Origin: Phoronis australis
Lineage: Eukaryota; Animalia; Phoronida
Reading direction: 5' to 3'
Length of the DNA stretch: 64,000 bases
Assembly: GCA_002633005.1 (NCBI GenBank)
Contig: NMRA01000092.1
Coordinates: 615,511-679,510, forward strand
Under the pieces are notes generated by a model, which ran no database searches, was not told where the DNA came from, and worked only from the letters and a program-made list of their open reading frames with translations. The position numbers and the translations under genes are program-made. Positions 49,449 to 61,400 of this stretch are shown one piece after another (within the stretch, counting starts at the first letter, position 1; each line of letters opens with the position of its first letter).

Positions 49449-52400
49449 CTGCAAACATAAAGTGTAACAAAATTGTTGACTTGATCCTAAGCCAATCTGA
49501 TATACCAATACGCGATCACAAGCAATAAACAAACAGCCTTGCATTTTATGCTATTCAAATCAGCCATCCAAATACTACAGCCCTCACTTTTAGCGGTCAG
49601 TCTATAAATCTAGAAAGCATGTTATATCTTCTGAAATGTCAGTGTCTGTAAGTTACTTCCACATAATATGAAATTGCATTATTAAATTACATAACAGCAA
49701 CAACCACAAATCAACCTAACCTTGGGCAACTGCAACTCATAGCTGATTGGCTGGAGTATTCGTGAGTCCAGACAAAGGATAGTTTCTCCATCCTGAATGC
49801 AAGTTTACAATTACCTTTACATCAGAACAATAGAGACAAACATCATGAACAGTAGTTGTCAGTTAGATAATCAGTACATTACCCGCTATTTGAAGTTACC
49901 TTGTGATCCCCCATGCAAGTTTTATGGCCAATGATGTGATACACTGGTTTACTGTAAGGAAATTCCTGAAAAAGTAGGATAATTAATACATTATAATGAA
50001 CAGATATCATAAGCCACATTATATTGTCGTGATTAAAGTTATGTAGAACCCAAAAAAAATATCAAAATCTGGCAAGATATGGAACACTATATCTGAGAAA
50101 TGACTGGTTGGATTCCTGATACTCTCAGATACTCTCAGATACTCTCAGATACTATCCTTAGCCACTGTTCTCCAAAATGCTGTTAGGTATTATCTTTAAA
50201 CCGTCCCACTTCTGCATGAGACTAATAAAAATAGTACTTTTAGGATTTTTTTAAGAAAACAATGAAAATTGGAAGAAATGAAAATGAAATAACTTAGAAA
50301 TATATAACAGCGTTTTTGAGATTTCATCTCAAGCATTAACGTTGAAAAAAATGAAATTTAGCTGCACTATTGATAATGCTGTTTTGCTATGAAAGTGCAT
50401 TTTCTTATTTCCTTTGATAAATTTTACTAAAAACACATGGTCATGTGACCTAATTCATGACAGATAGGAATAAAATTCTATAATAGACCACGTAGAAACA
50501 ACAAATGGCGGAGCTTAAAATTCCTGAGGCTCTACACATCAGTTGGTGCAAGCCCAATCTCAATAGGCATCTGGCACACCACAGGTTGTCATTGTTGTTC
50601 TAGTTTATTGTCACTCCTTGTAACTGACTGTATCTGCGCTTCACTACTTGTTGTTGGGCCCAACTCAGGCCTTTATGCAGCGTATGTCCTGGGCGTCCAA
50701 ATGGACACCCTAGCACTAATATGGACGCCCTGGCAAGGACGCCCAATATATCATTTGGACGCCCACTGTCAATAGGAACCTTTCAAGTTTGGACTCACAC
50801 ATTGTATTGAATACTAGGATGCCTCTGAAGGCTCACAGTGGGGGTTGTTTTTCAAAGCAGAAAGAAATATACTTTGTATATACAATGTTGCTATGCTCAC
50901 ACTTGGTTGATAGCATTGTAAAAGTCTTGGTCTACAGATTTTTTTAGTAAAAATGCTCACTATAGAAGACTGTTTTGTAAACTTACCAATGTAAAAACGT
51001 TGGTCTATGCATTTTTTTTGTAAAAAATGAGTGTCTGGGGGGATTGCTGGGGGTGGGGGGTTACGCGTCAGAATCATGGACGCCCTGGAATATTGGGAAC
51101 CCCATTTTGCACACCCTATTTTCGAAATCCTGGATAAAGGCCTGGCCCAGCTAGGTAGGTGGCCACTATGTTCTCTCTTCTGATGATGGTGTTTAAATGG
51201 ACGATACAGAACGAAACATGCCAAGTAATTTTAAAACCGTAGTTGTTTTCATTAATATATGCTGCTACTTGCTATCACGGAGAAAATTCTACAGGCTTTC
51301 TACTTTCAAAAAAATTTCACCAAGTTGAAATCTATAGTACTGTAGACATTTGGTTAAATACAGACTCATCCAGACTTGACCTGGAACAAATATGATTCCT
51401 TAAATTTACCCAACGGAAAAAACACAGATTTGTAGTGTTTTGACGAACATGTTGTTGAAACTTGTTTTAGGCTCCGAATCTAATTTAGTTTAAATTGAGT
51501 CTGACTGATGCTGCCACCTTTTGGCAATATTGTTGTATGATACCGCTGCCTGTTGGCAACCTTGATTCTTAAATCAGAATACATTTTGTCATGAAGGTGC
51601 ATGGATGTGTTTTATTCCTGTCTTGTCTAGTATTCTCGTCTCTAGTTTCAACATTCGCGGTCACTTCTTCAGTCGTAGACGCACGTGAACTCTTATTAAC
51701 TTTTTTCAATAACTAGATATTATTTTTGGAAACATGAGTAAATGTCAACTGTTTATCCCAAAACTGAATGTCTCGACATAACTTACTTCAATAGTCATTG
51801 ATGTTTGTAAGTCAGATATTTCAAATTCCAAATCTAACTTCAGCACGTCATTTGAAGTTTGTAGTAGCACCAAAATTCTTTACCTACATACAACATGATA
51901 TAGCCAACACGTGAAAGAAATTAATTTTTGTAGTTTACAGTCAGCTTGGTCAATACTGTGCAGACATTAAGAAACATTCGGTAAGTTTCCCTTATTTGCT
52001 ACAAAGTACAGCAAAATCAGGAAAAATGTCAAAATTGCACTTTTTACCAATTTTAAAGGGTTTCTAACATTGTGTGAATGTCCACTAATTTCCAGAAATT
52101 TGTCTGTTTGCAGCTATGACAAAGAACTTGAATATGGCTAAGCATCGTTATTGTTCTTTATCTCATTCACGAAAAAATGAAAAAATAAAATTTCACCTGT
52201 TCGCCATATGGTGTCCTAAATCGGTGAGATTTTTACAAAATCAGCCAATGAAAAATAGAAAAATCACAATTTTGACAATTCTTTGCGTGCAAAATAAGTG
52301 AAGGAAAAAGAGCAGTAGCGCTGCATTGGCTGTGACAATGACAAGAGATTTTTGATTTCGTCCGAAAAAATACGAAGGTGAGTTATAAAAAATAGTAACG

Positions 52401-55400
52401 AGACAGTAAGAAAAACAAGACTGCCCGTAATATCATAAATAAAGGCAAAATTTCCATAACAATTACTACCAATCCATAGAGGTAAACAGGTCTGCAGTAC
52501 TACTACTAGTAGATGGCCACCTCACCTGCGCAATCAGCTCCTTGGCCGCATGTGTGAGCAGTATACGGTCGCACCAGGCTGGGCAGCGAGAGTAATTATA
52601 GTGAACACCATCGTTGATATCTTCACTGAATGGATAACTACAACAAATATGATATTCACTTGAACCATCAAATAGATTGCTTTATGACACTGGCTAATTC
52701 TTGTACAACATTGGAGAATGATTTTCATTTCAAATAACAGATCACAGATTAATAAGAAAAATGTTTTTTTTGCACTGCCCTTTTGTTATTCATTAAAGAA
52801 GAAACTTCTTGTGTTAGATTGTAGACAACAACTAAGCATATTTCACAGTCCCAACAACACAGCATAAGCGCCATCTAGTGACATGCAGCTCAGTAATCAC
52901 GATCTTGATATTGGCACTTTTGAGGTAAAGTTGCTAATTTTTACTTGAAACTTTTCAAACTAAATTAGCTCACAAACGAAGTCAGTGAACCTTATTTTAT
53001 GCGTATGTTATAGAAAACCTCAAAGGCATCAAAATAGGACATAAAAGAAAAAATGTAATAATGATGTAACTTTTCATTTAGAAGCCAAAATGCTAAACAC
53101 TTTGCTCAGGCACTAAACTCGTTAACTAAATGATTGAAATAACACAAGAATGCTCAGGTACTTTCCACTCAGTTCTCATTATTGCTCGATATCAAACGGA
53201 AAGCTGAAATGTAGACACATTATCTAAAACACCGCGCACTCGTAATGTGGCCGTTCGAAGTAAATGTACCCCAACTTGCAGATGGATTAGCACACACTCT
53301 GAACGGAATGAAGTACTCAAAATCTAGGAAAAAAATTTACTTACGCCGACACATGAAAATTATACAGTTAGACGAACTTACCTTAAGTGAAGGATGACTG
53401 TAATTTTATGTATCCCCAGAATTCCCCCAGAGTGCTAACATGAGATACGGACATGCGCAAAGCGGACCATTCTTTAAAGCTCTTCTGTGATCAAGAGAGT
53501 GCTAACAGGGTGGGATGTGGAGGGCATGTTAGCACTCTGGGGGAATTCTGGGGATACATAAAATTACAGTCATCCTTCACTTAAGGTAAGTTCGTCTAAC
53601 TGTATAANTTATATAGAAGACGATCACGTGTCCAGTCCACAGCTCTGCACAAGTGCGTCGTCAAGAACAAAAGTAGTCTTTCTTGTTATGATTATAGATT
53701 ACCATCTTCTCAGACATTACTTCATTTACCTACACCACCCATCATTTTTTAAAGATTTATGTATAAACACACACATAATATTAAGTCACTTAAAGTTAAA
53801 TAGGGCTTTACTGACAGGTGTGTGCAATTAGCCGCATGTCTACAAAACTGTGGATTTCAACTCAATAAAGTATACATTTTCTGAAAGCAGAAAACCTATA
53901 AAGTTTGATTTTTGACTTTTTACCAATCGGCCATTAATTGGATTATGTGACCATGTCTTTTTAGTAAAATTTCAAAAAAGAAAGGTACACAGATGTCAAA
54001 ACAACAGTTCTAATAACATGATCATTTTATTTTCTATAGATGTTCGAGGTTTAAGTACTCCATAGTATTGTTTTGTTTTCGTTTTATGCAACTTTCGATT
54101 TTTTCATGAAGATTACAAAAGTCCTATTTTTGATAGTCAAACATGCAAATTAAAGTTGGGCCATTTTAAAAAAGAATTCAGTTCTGTACGCATGAGGTTC
54201 AAAGCAGGCTATGACCACAGTGCTTCCTGTCAACAATCGTGTGATCTGCTGAAAACAATGACAACAGGAGATCACCTCACTTTTTTAAACAGGGAAGACG
54301 GCAAATAAACCACTCAGGCCAAGAAAAGTAATTGAATCGAATCAAATCAAATTAGTGGAACCAACCATCACTTAAAAAGCACCATAATGGAAATTAAACT
54401 AGACTAGAGACTTTGTCCATCACCGTCCACATGAATAGTAGATACTTACGTTGGAGGAAACCCAACTTCATATTCATGAACCCTGGACAGAAATGGCTTC
54501 AGTTCAGTGTCATACATCAGCACCTGAAACATCAAACGGACTCAAATAACACACTGTTCAGTGAACTGACCTGAACCAGGAATGAACAGTTGACTCTGTG
54601 TAATCAAACACTACTGAACAGTTGACCCTGTGTGGTCAAACACTATTAACTCAGGAAATACCCCAAGCATGACAGAGACCAAAGTAGTAGTTACCGATGA
54701 TCAGTTCCTAGTTTTGTAATAGAAATCACAAAGTAAAAGCGATTCAGTTTTTATGTTTGGAGATAATGATCGAAATTAAGTTGCAAACCTTGTGTACTGA
54801 CAACAGACAAAGACAGTTATGCGTTTGTAAAGATTTAGTCCACATGGTATAAATATGATGTTCAAAGTCAAAAAGTAGAATACCAAATGCAGTATGACTT
54901 CAACCAGTACAAGGCAAAAGTAATCAGGAAAAAAAAATGTTTTCCAGTAATGACAGCTAATTGGGTTAACAGCAAAAATGACTGGCAATAACTACAAAAT
55001 CACCAAAGTTCCAAAAACGCTTTGCCACCTTACTGACGTTCCTGAGAATTCTCCTTCATTCTCACTCACAAGGGGAGACTACTTCGACGATGAATTCCGC
55101 TTCCACCCAGCCGTCATGAAGGAGAATTCCTTGTTCTTTTATCTAAATATGTTTGGCTTGTACTGTACCATACTGGTGTGGCCCACCTATTCTACGACTC
55201 ACTCCAACCACAGTTCAATCGTAATATTAACAGAAAGTGAAATCCAGGTGATGCTCGATACAATTTTGAAGATTTGAAATAAGTACCTCCACAGAAATGT
55301 TATTTCATTAACAAAATCCACTGCCCATTCATTATCAATAAATGTGACAATACCATATTTTTCAATCTGTAACCCTTTTCAACTTAAGAGTTATGTAGCT

Positions 55401-58400
55401 AAAAATGGAATGAAATATTTAATAAAATTAACAGCCCACACACCGGGTAAGACCGTTTACGGTTCCCTAAATACATCAAGGGAATCCAATTTGGTCAGTC
55501 CTAGCACAATCAACGAGTATTTTTTGCCATTCTTTTGATTCATATCCATTTCACAAATTTGTGACAAAATGTTTCGATGGCCCTTCAGGTGTGTTTCAGA
55601 GCTGAGTATTGGCCAACCACTCACATCCTTGCCATTCTCGTTGAAGAACAAGTCACTATGTCTGTGGTGCTGGAATAATTTCTTCTCCACTGTCAGGATG
55701 TCCTCCTCTGCATTCTTCAGCGTTAACCTCGTCAGCTCGTTATTCTTTTTACTCCGCTGAAGTTCTTTATTCAACATTTCACCAAAGTTCTGTTAACAAC
55801 AGACTGAACATCTCACGAGCAAGAAAACTCAAAGTCACAACTAACCAATTTAGGACACATTACAGCAGACAGTTGAAATTTTATTTTCTCATTTTTTTCC
55901 AAGTTTTGTATAATATCCACCATCACACAAAATTTTGAAAACTTCTGGCCAATGACAACCATATAATAAGACTTTGAAGAATGATAAAAGGACAATTTCG
56001 GTAATTATTTTTGTCCGAAATTGGCGACATATTACAGTATTCCGAATTTACTCTACATTTCCAAATATCGCGGCGCCATGGCAACCGTCTTCTAAATATT
56101 TTGGCTTTCATCTCGAATCTTTGGGGTGCAGGAAAACTGTCCCAAAAATCATTAGGTCAATGCAATTGTATATAGTAGTATGAATGTCACACGTGTAAAC
56201 AAATATGTTCACTAATGCATATACGGGTAAACACATACCTTTACTAATGCATATATGTGTAAACACATACCTTTACCAATGCATATATGTGTAAACACAT
56301 ACCTTTACTAATGCATATATGTGTAAATACATACCTTTACCAATGCATATATGTGTAAACACATACCTTTACCAATGCATATATGTGTAAACACATACCT
56401 TTACCAATGCATATATGTGTAAACACATACCTTTACTAATGCATATATGTGTAAACACATACCTTTACTAATGCATATATGTGTAAATACATACCTTTAC
56501 TAATGCATATGTATCTAAACGGAAGTTAAAATCTCCAAAAAGGAAGGCTGGAAGCTTTTCAATATCATCAGTTTCAAACCTGAGAATGAAAAAAGGGAAG
56601 CAACTCAAGATCTCTTCAAATAAATTCTAAAACTTAGGCAATCAATAACACTGCACTTGGTAGTAGTTTGCTGAACAAGAGAATAAAATACTTAATGAAA
56701 TAAATTAACTTTTGTGAAGATCATAGAACCACATTTTTACATGACAAACCATGTTTCTTCTCTGAAGCTGTTAAACACCCACACAACTCTAATTAGGTCA
56801 AGCCACAATCACAAGCCTCAAACTGGAATAAATCAAATCTGAGTGAATCAGTAAATCTTCCTGTCAAAACTTCCGATAAATTCTACTCGGTCTATGTTTT
56901 TATCATGCAAAATAAAAAAAAAACGTTCCACCCAACAACACAAACTAAATTTAATGATTTTGAATGAAGGCACTTCGTGGGGATTTAATTGATCTCACAT
57001 TACTGGAAACATTAAGTTCTAGGAGTAGAAAGATAAACAGTGTGCATCTCAGACAATAAAGTATCCTACTTCACTTGGGGATAATTAGGAGACGTTTTTG
57101 CCTCAAAATAAACTCGCTGTTTGCAACCAGACAGTTGACTGGATGTAATACAACTGTCACATGTGAGCAACCGATGCAATCATACAGACACTGCCTTACA
57201 GGGAATGAACAGGTAATCAGCTTTTAATATTCCAATGGGCCAAAAACATTAGATTGACTGGATTTTAAAGTTTTTACATGAATCACACCTCCGTCCATTG
57301 CAAAGAAACAGAATCAATAGTCATAAATTCTTAATTACCTATAAACGAAAAATATACGTCTATAAATTTCTTTTGAACTTTATGAAATTTTCATCAAGCA
57401 AACACAATGTACCAGTTCAAGGCATAGTCAAATGCTCTATTCCTGAACTCTGAGTATGTTGAGGGACTTCTCTCCAGTGCTGTGAGGTTGGACGCATCGT
57501 GGAAAAGGTGAATGTTTATCAAATCAAATTTTCTGAAACAAAAAACAAAGCAAATAGGTAGCCCGACATCGTTACAACACTAAATAAGACTAATAGTGTG
57601 ATGCCGACACATCATCGACTTGGAAGAAACCGTTACCCAATCGCTGGTCGCACAAAAATGGCACGTCTGATATTTCCTGCAAATCCAACATTGCTTGACC
57701 ACAAAGTAACATGCATACATCTAAGTAGTATTCACTGGGCAACTCACTGGGGACAAAGAACAACTGGATTCTGGTGTAAAGTCTATGTGATCAATTAAAT
57801 TTCCCTTGCAACAGATCTGTAGACAAGGATATTGACTCTTCTACCATACAGCCCTCTTCTGGCCTTCTGGACTAGTCCTCAGGCCTTGTTGTACTTGTCT
57901 CACAACTCACAACATATTCTCCTGTCAGTTTATTTAACTGAAGACAGCCTAGGCTATAAACACCTTTGTCCACACTGACTTGGGACAGAATTTCTTCTCT
58001 TTATTTGTTCAGAGTAACATGCCTTCTCTAGCCATGTGGGTGCTATTTCGATTTCACTTCTGTGGCATTTACGGGGTGCATTTACGACTCATTTTCCAGA
58101 AATGTCGGTACAATATATTACACAGAAACGCTATTCATACTTTGTATCACATTATGATTTTATAGCCATCTAGTCTCAACTTTGACATTTCCTAGATATT
58201 GAACAACAAAAAGACACGTCAGCATCAAACGTGCACTGTTGTAGGTTTTTACACACAAACTTGAAACACCTACAACACTCACACACAATTACACACACAC
58301 AGTATCTTATGAAGCAAAATCAAACTTACACATTATACAACCACCATCTTGTCCTGAGGAAACCTTTCCTTGACCACCTACACTGTAACCGAACATAAAA

Positions 58401-61400
58401 TACAGTTGAAAATAAGAATATTTCTAAGTGCACAGATTAAGACAATTCTTCCCCTATTTAGCACACAATGAGGTGGACATGAGAAATTCCATTGCACTTC
58501 TCAACAAAAAAGGTATTGAGAAAATTGTAGTATGTGAGCTTTGTTTGCACTGCGTGAACGTTGAAAACAACATGTGGCAAAGATGCTGAAGTTTTTATAA
58601 ATAAGAAAAATCAATTTTGGATATTATTTTTGTGTGAAATAAGTGATAAATTATGGTACATACTGGTGCATCACCTAACACAGCCACATGGCTCGGGTGA
58701 TTTTCGTTCATATTTCAATTTAATAACGTTCCACTTTCGCATGAGAGATTATCAAAAAACAGGACTACATGATTTCCATGAAAAACTCAAAAGTTGCATA
58801 AAGTGAAAGAGAAATAATAACTTATAAAACTGTGACAGTATTTTTGAGTTTTCCATAAATATTTGTCAAATAAAAATTGGGTAACGTTACTGCAGGTGGT
58901 TGTTTTACTACAACTCTACCTTAAACTTTTTGACTATATTTTAATAAAAATGCAAGGTCACGTGACCAAATGACTGGCAGCTTGGTATCAAGTCAAAAAT
59001 CAAATTCTACAGGCTATGTATTTTCAGAAAGTATACACTTTCACTGAATTAACTTTTATTTTTGCGTATATTTAGCTAAATTAACTAACTCGTCGATAAG
59101 ATTCCACACAATTTAGTTAGTCCTCACACCACACTTTAAAGCCACTATGAACTGGTGTCAAAGAAAACTTTCTTCACAGGCATAATTGCTCTTCCAAAGC
59201 AAAGATATGGCATTCTCTTTATCCTTTGTTCGAATTAAACTGCGTTACAATAAAACGCTTGGAACTCCCATGACAGACATTATGCTTTGAAATCCATAAC
59301 TAACTAACTGTGACTAGACTCTCAATGAGTCTCGTGTGAACAATAACCAACTACCAGTACAATTGGGGGCTGAGTAAGGATCAAAATGAGACTCATTGTA
59401 TAACGGTAAACGGTTCATATCAAAGGTTACATTTTTACAAAGGCGAGGCTCTGTTGCACCTTCGGGTCATGTAGTACCCTAGTCATAATTCCAAATTTGA
59501 CTAACTTTGGAACATTGTATCTCAGTAATGGCCGATCAGGCTCATAGGAAACTTTCAGACGCTATACTTCTTGCACTGTTTTTAAATTTTTCAATTTTTG
59601 CGTAATGGGCAATACAACGTCGGACTTCTACGACTCGTGAGAAAAATCAAAAGTTGCATGAAACAAAAACTAAATAATTTAGAAAACAGTAGCAACATTT
59701 ACATTAAATGAAATTTGTCCACGGGATTGGCACCGTAATTTTGCAAAGAATGTAGCTCGCTTTTTCTTAAATTTTCATAAAATACTGGGTCACATGATCT
59801 AATCAACGGCGGGTTGGTTAAAAATTGTAAATCAAATTCTACAGGCTTTCTGCTTTCACATAATTTTACAGACTTGTTGATAAGGTCCATATAACCCTAA
59901 GCATATTCTTAATGAATTCATTGCAAACATGTTTTATTCATTCTTCGAACTCATTAGTATAGTTAGGTTTTAATATAAGTCAGATTTCCAATAGAAACCA
60001 GACTCGAACAGAAGCCAGGAGAGTAGGTACCCTAAAATTAATAAACATCGGGTCTCTAAGATTAATCACGTCTCTGATACATTTGTTACTCTCCAGCAGA
60101 TGGAGCTGCCTACTTCACTGTTTTTCATCATACTTTTAACTAGCATGTCAGTCTTTCATTATAAAAACCAGGTTTAGCGTACATCTGAAATATGACGTTA
60201 GATCTCACCTATTGAAAACAGTAAGAATTTTTGGCAAAAATTTTAAGTCCTGTCAGCACGCCATCTGTTGGCCACATAACGTGACCTAATGAATGTAAAT
60301 AACATCTTTTCAGACTTCCATTCGTTAGGTCACATCATGTGGTTAACAGATGGCGTGCTGACAAGACTTGAAATGTTTGCAACATATTTTCCACGCCCTA
60401 TTGAGATTGACATATTCATATACATATTCATATACATATTCATGTACATTAAGACCACAGTTCATTTTTACACTTACATCTGGAAACATGTGTACTGGAA
60501 ATTTTATTTTTTCTTTGATAGGGACACTTTCTATGCTGCCTGAGACCACTTCCTTTCCTTCTAATACCTCCCATGCTTTTTCTGCAAAAGAAGATAAAAA
60601 GGCATCTTTAGATCAATGTTACTGAGCAAGAGTTACAAATTTATTGCACATAACCTTGGCAAAAAGCAGAGAGGAAATTGGTACAGTTTATGGATCACTT
60701 AACAAAAAATTAGCAACGGTAAAAATTTTCCAGTTGGAGAGGGTGGAAAATTAATTATTTTGCTTCGGGCTGGAGCTCGTAACAAATGTTAGAAATGTAT
60801 AATATTGGCCATCTCAAATTCAAGAGTCATGATCAATGACAAATCATTATTCACCCCCATGTTACACACTACTGGGATGTCTGAAAACGTTGCGTCAGCA
60901 GCTATTTTTGATGATTTTATGAAAACAATGATAAGAGCGCAGGCTGTCTGACATCTTGTGGTGCATCAGACGTGCACAGGCCTCATGGTTGGGCCCATTA
61001 CTCAAAACACCTGGACTAAACTCACGAGACCCTTCATTTGCTACAGATCAAACAAACAAGTTTCAAAGTCTGTCTGTCTCTTTGAAGAAAATGGACGGAC
61101 ATTTCCATTTGTTGCCAAGCACTATATGCCAACAAACGGAGAAGTCTGTCTAGTTTCTCAAATAAGACAGGCAGACTTGAAAACTTATTTCACAAAGAAT
61201 CTTTTGATCAATAACAGGGCTCAAGAGATTTCAGGAACTGGCAAGTCTATTTTCAGACTGTTGATACAAAATGCAATGTCCTGTACTTGAGAAATATTTT
61301 GAACGCCAAAAGTACCCATGTTCAAATCTTCACAATAAAGAAAATTCAAATTTGGCTTGAATGTCCCAGTCCCAAGTTTTAGAGACTGTCCCAAACTCGA

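Noticed and set aside
55046-55129. SECIS-like ATGA-N11-AA pattern on the minus strand
   Set aside because: Helix II pairs poorly, the ATGA belongs to the outer stem, two of three copies are intronic, and no in-frame Sec codon is evident.
56193-56510. 32-bp repeat as a CRISPR array
   Set aside because: Head-to-tail units with no spacers; it is a minisatellite.
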